Below are positions 29,511 to 39,400 of a stretch of 64,000 nt of DNA, in pieces (within the stretch, counting starts at the first letter, position 1; each line of letters begins with the position of its first letter). The stretch comes from Polyangiales bacterium (GTDB lineage Bacteria > Myxococcota_A > Polyangia > Polyangiales > Polyangiaceae). The position numbers and the translations under genes are program-made. The notes under the pieces were generated by a model. It was not told the origin of the DNA, searched no databases, and saw nothing but the letters and a program-made list of their open reading frames with translations. Where the stretch lies: the NCBI GenBank assembly GCA_038230375.1, contig JBBRNJ010000017.1, positions 1 through 64,000 of the forward strand, given 5' to 3'.

Positions 29511-30878
29511 ATGCACACCCTCAACGCTGCGTCTCTTGCCAAGATGTCGGAGCTCGCCGTGTCTCGGGCGCACCCGAAGGTCATCGCGCATCTCGCGGGG
29601 GTGCTGACGGGGGACGCGCCGCTTGCGGCGTACAAGATGAACGCGTTCTGTCTCGCCGATGAGGTCGGCGTGACCAAGGTGGAGGCGGTGCGGTCGCTGC
29701 TCATCGCGACGCGGCTCGGACTGCTCGATCTCAACTGGGATCTCTTCTGCCCGTCCTGCATCGGCATCCCGGAGTACTTCAAGCATCTGATCGACCTCGC
29801 GCCGCGCGCGCACTGCGATCTCTGCAACATCGACTGGAACGTGGACATCGAGGACCAGACGGAGGTCACGTTCACGGCGAACCCGGACGTGCGGCGCATC
29901 GACTACGCGGACTTCGGCGACCGCAAGTGGCCCGACCAGATTGGCTGGTGGATGGACGCCGTGAAGCGTGACAAGCGCATGCTGCCTCTCGCGGACGTGC
30001 TCGGCGCAGGCGAAAAGAAGCAGTACGAGAAGGATCTCCCCGCGGACGACTACAGCTTCCACGTCATGGGTCATGTGGACAAGGCCGTGCAGATCCGCGT
30101 CGCCGGCGAGCGCGCCGCAGCGCCGCAGCGGGTCTCGTTCGTCGTCGAGAAGGACGGCCGCGTCGAGCCGCGTCAGGTCACGCTCGCGCCGGGCCCCGTG
30201 CACATCGACGTGGACTTTCGCTTCGAGAGGCTCTGGGGTATCGCCATGGTCGCGAAGACCAGGCACGCGAGCTTCGTCAGCGCGTCCTACGTCTTCGCGC
30301 AGCAGGACTTCCGCGATCTCTTCTCTGGCGAGTTCCTGGCGCCGGGCGTGTCGTTCGGGATCCGCTCCGTCACGCTGATGTTCACGGACATCAAGGGCTC
30401 CACGGAGATGTACGAGGCCATGGGGGACGCGCCCGCCTACGGGCTCGTGCAGCAGCACTTCCGCATCATGACGGAAGCGATCGCCGCGCACGAGGGCGGG
30501 ATCGTGAAGACGATCGGCGATGCCGTGATGGCTGCGTTCCCGGTCAACGCGCAGGCGGTGGCCGCAGCGCTGCACATCCAGCAGGAGATCTCCCGGCTCT
30601 CGACCGAGCTCGGCGGGATCGAGGTGAAGATGGGACTGCATCGCGGCCCGGCGATCGCCGTCACGACGAACCGCTCGCTCGACTACTTCGGCAGCACGGT
30701 CAACATCGCGGCGCGCGTGCAAGGCCGCTCCGAGCCACGTGAGGTCCTGGTCTCCGAAGACGTCTTCCGCGATCCTGCCGTCAAGGAGCTCCTCAGCGGA
30801 CGCATCGGCGGGCGCGGAACCTTCGACGCGCAGCTGAAGGGCATCGAGCGCCCCATCAAGGTACTGAGCGTGGTCTGA
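29511..30878 (+). CDS. Class III adenylate/guanylate cyclase with an N-terminal Cys-motif (DUF5939-like) domain
   Basis: WDLFCPSC..HCDLC..EVTF N-terminal domain; FTDIKGST, VKTIGDAVMA, GLHRG, DYFGSTVNIAAR. Confidence 0.88.
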   Translation: MHTLNAASLAKMSELAVSRAHPKVIAHLAGVLTGDAPLAAYKMNAFCLADEVGVTKVEAVRSLLIATRLGLLDLNWDLFCPSCIGIPEYFKHLIDLAPRAHCDLCNIDWNVDIEDQTEVTFTANPDVRRIDYADFGDRKWPDQIGWWMDAVKRDKRMLPLADVLGAGEKKQYEKDLPADDYSFHVMGHVDKAVQIRVAGERAAAPQRVSFVVEKDGRVEPRQVTLAPGPVHIDVDFRFERLWGIAMVAKTRHASFVSASYVFAQQDFRDLFSGEFLAPGVSFGIRSVTLMFTDIKGSTEMYEAMGDAPAYGLVQQHFRIMTEAIAAHEGGIVKTIGDAVMAAFPVNAQAVAAALHIQQEISRLSTELGGIEVKMGLHRGPAIAVTTNRSLDYFGSTVNIAARVQGRSEPREVLVSEDVFRDPAVKELLSGRIGGRGTFDAQLKGIERPIKVLSVV

Positions 30879-30882
30879 CGCG

Positions 30883-31545
30883 TCAGGGGACGACTGGGCC
30901 GACTGACGGTGGGGCGGAGCTGTCGTGTTTGTCGCTCATGAGGACGAACTGGCCGCTGGTCGGATCGAAGTCGAAGACCTCGCCGGTCTCGATCTTGTAG
31001 ACCCAGCCGGAGAGGCGGAGCTTTCCGCTCGAGAGCGGCTCGGCCACGAACGGGAACTCGCGCAGGTGCTCGAGCTGCACGAGGACGTTCTCGCCCACGG
31101 CCGCGCGCTCTCGCGAGTCGGGATCCAGATGCCCGTAGCGCTCCTCGACAAGCTCGCGGACGCGGTCGGACTGCGCGAGCCACTTCGACACCAGCGGGAC
31201 CTGCGCGACGGTGCCCGGCGACATCAACGCACGGATCGCGCCGCAGTGCGTGTGCCCGCACACCACGATGTTCTGCACGCCTAGGATTCTGACCGCGTAC
31301 TCGATCGCCGCCGCCGTGCCACCGGGAAGGCTGGGATGGGGCACCATGTTGCCGATGTTGCGGACGGTGAAGAGCTCGCCGGGATCCGTGCCGGTGATCA
31401 AGTTCGGCACGACGCGCGAGTCGGAGCAGGTGATGAAGAGTGTCTCGGGGTTCTGTCCGCGCGTGGCGAGCGTCTCGAACAGCTCACGATAGCGGGCAAA
31501 ATGCGCGCGATGGAAGGCGTGAACACCGTCTACGAGCTTCTGCAT
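30883..31545 (-). CDS. Beta-class carbonic anhydrase
   Basis: GQNP, CSDSR, RNIGN, IEYAV, GHTHCGA. Confidence 0.95.
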   Translation of the reverse strand: MQKLVDGVHAFHRAHFARYRELFETLATRGQNPETLFITCSDSRVVPNLITGTDPGELFTVRNIGNMVPHPSLPGGTAAAIEYAVRILGVQNIVVCGHTHCGAIRALMSPGTVAQVPLVSKWLAQSDRVRELVEERYGHLDPDSRERAAVGENVLVQLEHLREFPFVAEPLSSGKLRLSGWVYKIETGEVFDFDPTSGQFVLMSDKHDSSAPPSVGPVVP

Positions 31546-31749
31546 GCGCCCGACAGATTAGCACGAGCCCGCGCTCACTGCTGTTCGTCCAGGGGATTCG
31601 GTGGCTTCGCGGATGCGCTCGGCGCAGGCGGCGATCGGGATCATTCCGGAGAGCAAATGATCACAAGGGCTACGCGCTCTCCTGCGTGTCGCCCACCGCA
31701 CATGCCAGCGATCCGGGCTGCAGGGTCATCCGTATGTTACATTCAGAAC

Positions 31750-32475
31750 ATGCGCACGAACCTCCTTGGAGTGCTGGCAGTCTGCTCGGCTCTCGTCTTC
31801 GCGTGCAGCTCCACCACGTCGTCCAGCGGAGCTGGTGGCGGCGATGGAATGACGAACGGCGACCAGCGGGGCAGCAGCGCTGGAGATCATGTGCCTCCGC
31901 CCGCGCCCACGTCCATGGATGGCGGGTACGTGCCGCCGCCGCCGACGGGCCTCGCGGACGCATCCACCGATTGCCTCTCCAGCGCAAAGCCCGGCAGCCT
32001 GGACGCGATCAGCGTGACCACGCTCACGTCCGAGATCACGGTGCCCATGTGCATCTACAAGGGCAAGGTGCTGCTCGTCGTGAACACCGCGTCCATGTGT
32101 GGCTACACGCCGCAGTACACGCCCCTGCAGGCGATCTACGCGAAGTACGCGAGCCAGGGCTTCCTCGTGCTCGGCTTCCCATCGCAGTCGTTCAATCAGG
32201 AGTACGCGAGCGGCATGGACGTGTCGTCGTTCTGCACGATGACCTACGGCATCACGTTTCCCATGTTCAAGATCGGCAACGTGAACGCGCCCGACGAGCA
32301 GCCGCTCTACACCTGGCTCAAGGCGCAGCCCGTCAGCGGCACCGCCGACGTGGGGTGGAACTTCGAGAAGTTCCTCATCGGCAAGAAGGGCGACGTCGTC
32401 CAGCGCATCCTCACGGCCGTCGTGCCGGACGATCCCTCCGTCACCAGCGCGATCGAAGCCGAGCTCGCGAAGTAG
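31750..32475 (+). CDS. Lipoprotein glutathione peroxidase-family protein (Cys type)
   Basis: LVFAC lipobox; GKVLLVVNTASMCGYTPQY, LGFP..F.QE, WNFEKFLI. Confidence 0.88.
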   Translation: MRTNLLGVLAVCSALVFACSSTTSSSGAGGGDGMTNGDQRGSSAGDHVPPPAPTSMDGGYVPPPPTGLADASTDCLSSAKPGSLDAISVTTLTSEITVPMCIYKGKVLLVVNTASMCGYTPQYTPLQAIYAKYASQGFLVLGFPSQSFNQEYASGMDVSSFCTMTYGITFPMFKIGNVNAPDEQPLYTWLKAQPVSGTADVGWNFEKFLIGKKGDVVQRILTAVVPDDPSVTSAIEAELAK

Positions 32476-32506
32476 CGTCCAGCGACGTCGCTGGTTCACT
32501 CGAACC

Positions 32507-35500
32507 TCAAGGCCGCTTCTGCTGCGCGACAGGCGGGGCGCGCTCGGCGAGGCCCGAGTTGACCAGAGACGGTGAGGCGCGGAGCTCGTCCACCACGTGG
32601 TACTCGGCCTTGTAGTTCTTCGCGAGCCACACCTCGCACGCGCGCGAGTGCTCGTCGAAGTACTGGAACTGCACGGACAGATCGAGACACTTCTTGAGCG
32701 CGGGCTTCGCGTGCTTCACCTTGTAAGGCTCGCTCGCCTCGTCGATACCGCGCGTGTAGACGATCTCCAGGATGGTGCCCTTCCACGCCGCAGGGATCGG
32801 TGAGCGACGGAAGTCGTCCACGAAGTCACCCCACATCAGCCCCGCACGAGAGCCCGCGGCGATGCCCCAGCGCGGCGGCGCCGTCGCCACGAACGACGTG
32901 GGCTTGAGGTCCAGGATCTTTCCGTACTCGCCCTCGACCTTCGAGATCGCGACCATCTTCTTCTCGTACCAGTCACGCACCTTGTTCTTCACGAACGCCT
33001 CCACGTCCTCCTTGGTACCTGCGCCGCGATACGTGGGGAACCTGAGCGGCTCCACGCCGCTCTTCCTGGCCTCCTCCGCTGCGAAGAAGTGGGCCTCTGC
33101 GACCGCGTCGAGCGCGCGGCGAATTCGCTTCTCCACGTCCGGCGCGGACTCGTCGGGGAAGGCGGCGCGGATCTTCGCCTCTGCGTCCGCCGGATCCTTC
33201 CAGAGCGCACGCACGCGCCCGTACTCCGAGCGCGCCTGCGTGTCACCACCGGAGAGATGGGAGCTCGCGCGGCCCAGCTGCGCGTGCGCCTGGACGGCGA
33301 CGTCGCGGCTCGCTGCCCTGTCGATGAGCCCCATCTGGCGCGACAGCTCCGCGCGTGCCTTGTCCCATTCGCCCTTCTCCACGTAGTGGGCCCCCACCGC
33401 GAACGCCACGTGCGCTGCCTCCTTCGGCTTCTTGTCTCCGTAGGCGCGCGCGAAGGCGTGCGCGTCGTCGAGCGCACGTTCCTCCTGACCAAGACCGATG
33501 CGGAGCAGCGTGGCATCCGACAGCGCCTGGTCCGCCTTCTCGCCGCGCGGGTCCGCCTTCGCGTACTTCTCGAACCAGTCCGCGGCGAGCTCGTAGACGG
33601 CGATCGCCTGGTAATTCTGCCCGATCTCGAAGCTGGCCTTGCGCGAGAGAGCGCTCCGTCCGTTCGTCGCGGCATCGAACTCGAGCAGCGCCTTTCGCGC
33701 CGTGATGGCCTTGGCGACCAGGCGCGCAGCCTGCAATGCCCGCGCGGCGTTGTAGCCGATCTCGTCACAGCGCTGCGCCGTGGGGGGCTTGCCCGCGGCC
33801 ACCGGAGCCTGGCAGTGCTCGCGGAAGAGATCGAAGTACATGTTGCCGCCCTCCTCGTAGAGCGCGAGTGACGCGAGGCCCGTGAGCGTGGCAGCCTTGG
33901 CGATCTTCGCCTCCGCCTCCTTTCGCGTCAGGTCCACCGCCACGATCGAGAGCCCCAGGCAGGACTCGGTGTTCTTCTGCGCGAGATCTCCGCGGCAGTA
34001 GAGCTCCTCCATGCGCGGGATGTCAGCGCGCATCTCGGCGAAGCAGGCGGGACGCGCGGGCTCGCCGTGCATCGCGAGGATGTTCGCGCTCTCCAGGTAC
34101 AGCTGAGCGGCGTAGATGCCAGAGTCCGGATCGCACGGGTTCTTCGCGATGTCGCGGAACGCCTCCGCCGCCTCCGCCCAGTGCTGCGCCTCGAAGTACG
34201 TGCGCGCGCGGGCGTACTTCACCTCGCAGAGCTGCGCCTGGCCCGCGGCGTCCGACGCCTGCGGCTTGATGGTGCACACGTACCGGTCGAACGCGTGAAG
34301 CATTCCGCGCTGCGCATCCGTGAGCGGCTTCTTCCGCAGGCGTGCGGTCTCGTCGGGTGACGCCGACGCGCGCTCGTCACGCGGCCTCAGTGTGCCGTTG
34401 CCGCGGAGCGCCTCGCCCTTGGCGTGCTCTGCCTCGAACACCTTCTGGTAGCAGAGCGCGGCTGCGTACGCGGCCTCGGGCGCGTTCGGCGCCTTCGGAT
34501 CGTCGTCCACGACGGCCTCGAACGCGGGACCGCACTCCGCCCACCGCTCGTCCGCGTAGAGAAGATCGGCGAGCGCGAACTTCATGCTGTGAGCCGTGGG
34601 CCAGTCCTCTTTCACCAGTCTCGGATACGTGTAGCTTGCAAGTTCATCCTTCGTGAACGTTTCGACAGCGCGTTTGTAGAGCGCCGCGGCTAGCTTCTTC
34701 GTGCGCTTGTCGCCGGTGCCGCGCTGGTTGCCGGTGCCCACGGCCTCCAGGTGGTACGCCATCGCGGTCTCCGTCACGAGCGCCGCGGTCTTGTTTGCGC
34801 ACGCGAGCTTCACGTCGACAGCCTTGTCACTTGCGCGCATGTCCCTGTGTGCGCGCAGCTGGTTCTCCAGCTCCACCGCGATCGCGTCCTTGTCCGATGC
34901 GCGCATGGCCATGGTCGCCTCGGTGACGTGCGCCTGGTAGGTGCACGCGCGTGCGCCGCCACGATCGCGGGCAAGCAGATCCTTCATGACCATGATCCCC
35001 TCGGGGTAGTGCCCCGTGTCAAAGTAGGCCACGCCGAGCGTGTAGAGACGATCGAACGTCTCGACGTTCACGCCTGCAGGATCGCGCGAGATGCTCCGGA
35101 TGAAGCCGTACGCGCGCGCCGGATCGCCGACCAGCGCGTAGACCTGGATGATGTCGCGACGAGCATTCTCCGCGAGCTTCTCCGCCCCCGGCAGCTGCGA
35201 GAACGCGACGCCGAAGTCGATCACCTTCTTGAACTCGCTCATCGCGTGCGCGAAGTCACCCTGGTTCCAGAAGACGTAGCCAAGCTTGTAGTGTGCATAC
35301 CCGAACAGCTTGTTCGCGGGCGGCGGGAACGAGACCACCTTCAGGTACGCCTGCGATGCGAGTGGCCATTTCGTTGGGTCGCCCTGCCCTTCCTCGAAGA
35401 ACAGCTCGCCAAACGCCAGGTACGCATTCGGGATGAAGCGAGAGTCGGGCCGCTTGGAGATGAGCTCGTAGTAGACCTTGCGTGCTGTATCGTTGTCCTT

Positions 35501-36160
35501 GCCCTGCTCGTGCTCGTACGCCAGGTAGTAGAGGACGGCGTCGAGCTCTGGATAGTTCGGGTAGTCCGTCTTCAGGAGCGTGTAGTTCGCGATCGCCTTC
35601 GCGCGCGCGCCCTTCGCAGCGCCGTCAGCGACGTTGGCCTGCGTCTGGAAGTCGCCTGCCTTCGCGGGCTCCTTCTTCTTCGCCTCGTCGCGCGCGATCT
35701 CTGCGAGGGTCTTCTCGCGCACCGCAGCCGCCTCGAGCTCCACGTAGTCCTCCGCCAGCCTGCGGATGATGGTCGCGCGATCCGCGGCGCCGCGCGGCGT
35801 CTGCACCAGCAGCTGCTCGACACCCTGGATCTCCACGATGAGCATGCCCTTGCGGCGGATGTTCAGCCGGAACGTACGATCGTCACGCGGCCCATCGAAG
35901 CCCTCGGGCGTGGGCTTCTTCCCGTCGGGTCTCCTGGTCTCCGTTGCCTTCGGCGCGACGAGATGGATCGTCGGCGCTCCGCCATGAGCGGTCACGTCGA
36001 ACGTCTGCGCGCCGGGAAACGCGCTGCAAGAAGACAGCGAGCTCTTCGCGCTCTCGTCGATACAGACATCCGCCGCACGCGCCCCCTCCGCCATGAAGAC
36101 GGAGCCAAGAACGCAAGCAGCCATGACGAGACGACCACGCCGCGCGAACGAAGAGAGCAT
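32507..36160 (-). CDS. Large secreted TPR protein (possibly related to myxobacterial gliding TPR proteins such as AgmU/GltD)
   Basis: Signal peptide, repeated TPR patterns (LYYLAYE, AYLAFGELFF, AHYKLGYVFW), about 1217 aa; GGAGG before ATG 36160. The gliding link is inference only. Confidence 0.75.
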   Translation of the reverse strand: MLSSFARRGRLVMAACVLGSVFMAEGARAADVCIDESAKSSLSSCSAFPGAQTFDVTAHGGAPTIHLVAPKATETRRPDGKKPTPEGFDGPRDDRTFRLNIRRKGMLIVEIQGVEQLLVQTPRGAADRATIIRRLAEDYVELEAAAVREKTLAEIARDEAKKKEPAKAGDFQTQANVADGAAKGARAKAIANYTLLKTDYPNYPELDAVLYYLAYEHEQGKDNDTARKVYYELISKRPDSRFIPNAYLAFGELFFEEGQGDPTKWPLASQAYLKVVSFPPPANKLFGYAHYKLGYVFWNQGDFAHAMSEFKKVIDFGVAFSQLPGAEKLAENARRDIIQVYALVGDPARAYGFIRSISRDPAGVNVETFDRLYTLGVAYFDTGHYPEGIMVMKDLLARDRGGARACTYQAHVTEATMAMRASDKDAIAVELENQLRAHRDMRASDKAVDVKLACANKTAALVTETAMAYHLEAVGTGNQRGTGDKRTKKLAAALYKRAVETFTKDELASYTYPRLVKEDWPTAHSMKFALADLLYADERWAECGPAFEAVVDDDPKAPNAPEAAYAAALCYQKVFEAEHAKGEALRGNGTLRPRDERASASPDETARLRKKPLTDAQRGMLHAFDRYVCTIKPQASDAAGQAQLCEVKYARARTYFEAQHWAEAAEAFRDIAKNPCDPDSGIYAAQLYLESANILAMHGEPARPACFAEMRADIPRMEELYCRGDLAQKNTESCLGLSIVAVDLTRKEAEAKIAKAATLTGLASLALYEEGGNMYFDLFREHCQAPVAAGKPPTAQRCDEIGYNAARALQAARLVAKAITARKALLEFDAATNGRSALSRKASFEIGQNYQAIAVYELAADWFEKYAKADPRGEKADQALSDATLLRIGLGQEERALDDAHAFARAYGDKKPKEAAHVAFAVGAHYVEKGEWDKARAELSRQMGLIDRAASRDVAVQAHAQLGRASSHLSGGDTQARSEYGRVRALWKDPADAEAKIRAAFPDESAPDVEKRIRRALDAVAEAHFFAAEEARKSGVEPLRFPTYRGAGTKEDVEAFVKNKVRDWYEKKMVAISKVEGEYGKILDLKPTSFVATAPPRWGIAAGSRAGLMWGDFVDDFRRSPIPAAWKGTILEIVYTRGIDEASEPYKVKHAKPALKKCLDLSVQFQYFDEHSRACEVWLAKNYKAEYHVVDELRASPSLVNSGLAERAPPVAQQKRP

Positions 36161-36331
36161 AGGACCTCCGGCGCCTTCCGTGTCTCGCACGGCACGGCCT
36201 TGTTTCCGCGACGCGCCCCGTGATCCACCAAACGGGGGACCAAGCGCAGCGCGGTGTTGCTCCTAGGACCGAGGCTCGCGCCGAAACCTTGGCACGAGGA
36301 ATATTTTTCCGTCAGAAGGTGAAGCAGCCGT

Positions 36332-36460
36332 CCTCGACTTCGACTTCGACCTCGACCTCGACCTCGACCTCGACCTCGACCTCGACCTCGACTTCGACTT
36401 CGACTTCGACCTCGACCTCGACTTCGACTTCGACCTCGACCTCGACCTCGACTTCGACCT
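36332..36460 (+). repeat. (TCGACY)n array of about 21 units abutting the folD stop codon
   Basis: Pure tcgacc/tcgact tandem read directly. Confidence 0.97.
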
Positions 36461-37339
36461 CTACTTCGTCGTGCGTGCGTTCGCTGCGATGAGCGTGTTT
36501 TCAAGGAGGCACGCGATCGTCAGGGGGCCGACGCCTCCCGGCACGGGCGTGATGGCTCCTGCGACCTTCTCTGCCTCTGCGAACGCCACGTCGCCGACGA
36601 GGCGTGTCTTGCCTGCGCCCAGCTCCGGCGCGTCGATGCGATTGATGCCGACGTCGATCACCGTCGCGCCTGGCTTCACGAAGTCGCCGCGGAGCATCTC
36701 CGCCTTGCCGACGGCCGCGATCAGGATGTCCGCCTCGCGGCAGACCGCTGCGAGATCCTTCGTGCGCGAATGGGCGATTGTGACCGTCGCGTTCTTCGCG
36801 AGGAGGAGCTGCGCCACCGGCTTGCCGACGATGTTGCTGCGACCCACGACGACCGCGCGCGCGCCTTCGAGCTTCGCGCCGGCGAGCTCGAGCAGCTTCA
36901 TGCAGCCGCGCGGCGTGCACGGCGTGAGGCTCTGCCTGCCAGACGACAGAAGACCGGCATTCACCGGATGGAATCCGTCCACGTCCTTCTTCGGATCGAT
37001 CGCGTCGAGGACCTTCTCCGGGTGGATCTGCTTCGGGAGCGGCAGCTGCACGAGGATTCCGTCGACCACGTCATCGCGGTTCAGCTTGTCGATCCACGAG
37101 AGGAGCTCGGCCTCGGTGGTCTCGAGCGGAAGGCGATAGAGGGCGCCGTTCATGCCGACCTCCTTCGCCATCTTCTCCTTGTTGCGTGTGTAGACCTGGC
37201 TCGCCGGATCCTCTCCCACGAGCAGCACGCTGAGCCCCGGCGCGCGACCATGCCTGGCGACGAACGCGTCCACGCCCTTCTTCACCTCTGCGCGGACCTC
37301 TTCTGCCAGCTTCTTGCCATCGAGTACCTTCGCGCTCAT
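36461..37339 (-). CDS. folD: Bifunctional methylenetetrahydrofolate dehydrogenase/cyclohydrolase
   Basis: [52 protein letters not shown]. Confidence 0.97.
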   Translation of the reverse strand: MSAKVLDGKKLAEEVRAEVKKGVDAFVARHGRAPGLSVLLVGEDPASQVYTRNKEKMAKEVGMNGALYRLPLETTEAELLSWIDKLNRDDVVDGILVQLPLPKQIHPEKVLDAIDPKKDVDGFHPVNAGLLSSGRQSLTPCTPRGCMKLLELAGAKLEGARAVVVGRSNIVGKPVAQLLLAKNATVTIAHSRTKDLAAVCREADILIAAVGKAEMLRGDFVKPGATVIDVGINRIDAPELGAGKTRLVGDVAFAEAEKVAGAITPVPGGVGPLTIACLLENTLIAANARTTK

Positions 37340-38265
37340 GTGGTCTCCTTGGGGGTTGGCTTCGGCGCACGCAGCTGATGAATGACCACCGCCGCGATGA
37401 CGCACAGGACGCCGACGATCTGCGAGGTGGAGAGGATGCTGATGCCGCCACGGTCGTCGCGACGGAGGATCTCGAGCCCGGCGCGTGCCACGGCGTAGAG
37501 CACCAGGAACGCGGCGAACACCTGCCCGTCGTAGCGCTTCCGCGGATGCACGTAATAGAGGCAAAACGCCGCGATCGCGAGCGACGCAGCCGCTTCGTAG
37601 ATCTGTGTAGGATGCACGGGATTGCTCCACGCGGCCGGGTTCTGGAGCGTGTGCGCCTTCCACTGCGCCTCGCTCGCGGGGCTCTGCGGCGGGAAGGACA
37701 GCGCCCACGGCAGGGACGACTCCGCGCCGAAGCAGCAGCCCGCCAGCAGACAGCCCATGCGCCCGAACGCGAGCCCGACGGGCACGCAGAACCCTGCCAT
37801 GTCCGCGGCCTTCCAGAACGGGAACTTGTCGCGCTTCAAGAGAACGATGGCTGCGAGCGACGCGCCGATGAAGCCGCCATAGTACGTGAGACCACCGGCC
37901 CAGAACTCGGCCCACGCAAAGCAGTTGGTCTCCACCGGATGGCAGACGCCGGCCGCGACGTCCCAGTGTCCCTTGTAGCGGCCCGCGCACTCGGCGCGCG
38001 TGACGAGCCAGTCGACCTTGGACGGGTCCGTGCAGATGTGCACGTAGTCCATGAAGTGCCCGTCGAAGAAGACGTGGAAGATTCGCGAAGCCGCGACGCC
38101 AGACAGGAGCATCGCCAGACCAAGGTCCACGATCACGTCGGGGTTCTGTCCGATGCGCTTCGCCCAGAGCGCGCCCAGCGCCGTGGCGATGAAGAACCCG
38201 GAGAGCAGCATCACGAAGTACGCCGGGAAGCCCACGCCTTCGAGACGAAAGAGCTCCGGTCGCAT
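37336..38265 (-). CDS. lgt: Prolipoprotein diacylglyceryl transferase
   Basis: [42 protein letters not shown]; adjacent to lspA. Confidence 0.88.
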   Translation of the reverse strand: MRPELFRLEGVGFPAYFVMLLSGFFIATALGALWAKRIGQNPDVIVDLGLAMLLSGVAASRIFHVFFDGHFMDYVHICTDPSKVDWLVTRAECAGRYKGHWDVAAGVCHPVETNCFAWAEFWAGGLTYYGGFIGASLAAIVLLKRDKFPFWKAADMAGFCVPVGLAFGRMGCLLAGCCFGAESSLPWALSFPPQSPASEAQWKAHTLQNPAAWSNPVHPTQIYEAAASLAIAAFCLYYVHPRKRYDGQVFAAFLVLYAVARAGLEILRRDDRGGISILSTSQIVGVLCVIAAVVIHQLRAPKPTPKETT

Positions 38266-38279
38266 CCGTGCGCGCCCGA

Positions 38280-39269
38280 CTACGCCTTCTCGCCCGCGGG
38301 CTCGGGCTCTGGTGCGGCGCCAGGCTCTCCTGCAGGTGCCACCTCGCGGCTCGGGTCGCTCGGGTCGTGCGTGTCGCCGAGCGGGAGCTCTCCCACGACA
38401 CCTTCGGCCGGAGGAGCCGCGGCGATCTCTGCGTCCACCGCAGAGGCAAGGTCCCCGCTGGGCATGGGACGGCGCTTCGGCCCACGCTTGGAGGTGAACA
38501 TATCCACCGCCATGAGCGCGACACCGACACAGATGGCGATGTCCGCGACGTTGAACGTGGGCCAGTGGTCCGTCACCTGGTGGGCCGGGTTGTACTTCGC
38601 GATGAGCTCGTTGCCCTTGTGGATCGTGTCCGCGCGGAGGTCAATGAAGTCCACGACGAAGCCGTAGCGGATGCGATCGAACACGTTGCCGAGCGCCCCG
38701 CCGAGCACCAGCGGCAGGCCCCACTTCAGCGCGCGTTGTCGCGGGGTGAGCCGGCGATAGAGCGTGACGATGAAGGCGATCGCGGCGAGGGACACCAGGA
38801 GGAAGAACGGACGACGCACGTCCTCACGGGTGCCCTGCAAGAGGCCCCACGCGCCGCCCTTGTTCTCGGCGTACATGAGCGTGAGGCGATCCTTCACGAG
38901 CTCGAGCGGCGCGCCGCCCTTCATCGGATTGAGGTTTGCCTCTGCCCAGAGCTTGCTGCCGATGTCGCTGACGAGAGAGATGATCGCGACCGCTGCGAGG
39001 AACGAAGGCGGCGGGCCCGGGCCCAGCGACGGATCTGCGATCTTCTTCGCGGCGAACATCGGCGGATCGAGGCGCTCCACGCCGGGCGCGATCGGCTCCT
39101 CTACAAACTCGACGACGGGCGCCGGCTCTGCGGGGGCGGCCGGGCTCGTGCCCGCCTCGAGGCTCAGCTCGTCGGGCTTGGGCGCGGGTGCCTCGCCTTC
39201 GGTCGACGCAGCTTCGCCCTCGGGATGTTGGGGTTCTTGCGCGGCGCCGGAGGTGTCTTCTGAGGTCAT
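38280..39269 (-). CDS. lspA: Lipoprotein signal peptidase II with long acidic/Pro-rich termini
   Basis: [35 protein letters not shown]. Confidence 0.92.
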   Translation of the reverse strand: MTSEDTSGAAQEPQHPEGEAASTEGEAPAPKPDELSLEAGTSPAAPAEPAPVVEFVEEPIAPGVERLDPPMFAAKKIADPSLGPGPPPSFLAAVAIISLVSDIGSKLWAEANLNPMKGGAPLELVKDRLTLMYAENKGGAWGLLQGTREDVRRPFFLLVSLAAIAFIVTLYRRLTPRQRALKWGLPLVLGGALGNVFDRIRYGFVVDFIDLRADTIHKGNELIAKYNPAHQVTDHWPTFNVADIAICVGVALMAVDMFTSKRGPKRRPMPSGDLASAVDAEIAAAPPAEGVVGELPLGDTHDPSDPSREVAPAGEPGAAPEPEPAGEKA

Positions 39270-39400
39270 GAGGCGAAAAGCGGGGTCACGTCGCTCGTGG
39301 ACGTGAAGCAGGTGAAGGCTTCTAGCGAAGCCATTCGCGTTTGAGAACGTTTTTTCAGGCCTTGCCGAAGGACTGAACATCTGTCTACATGTTCAGTACC

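Noticed and set aside
29511..31545. Bicarbonate-sensing cyclase / carbonic anhydrase module
   Set aside because: The genes are convergent rather than co-transcribed, and the cyclase has Asp (LDYFG) rather than the Thr/Ser typical of bicarbonate-activated class III cyclases.
31750..32475. Selenocysteine in the GPx active site
   Set aside because: The codon is TGT (Cys) and there is no in-frame TGA.
37340..38530. N-terminal extension of folD in the 689-aa ORF
   Set aside because: It overlaps lgt and lspA in another frame; FolD homology starts at ATG 37339.
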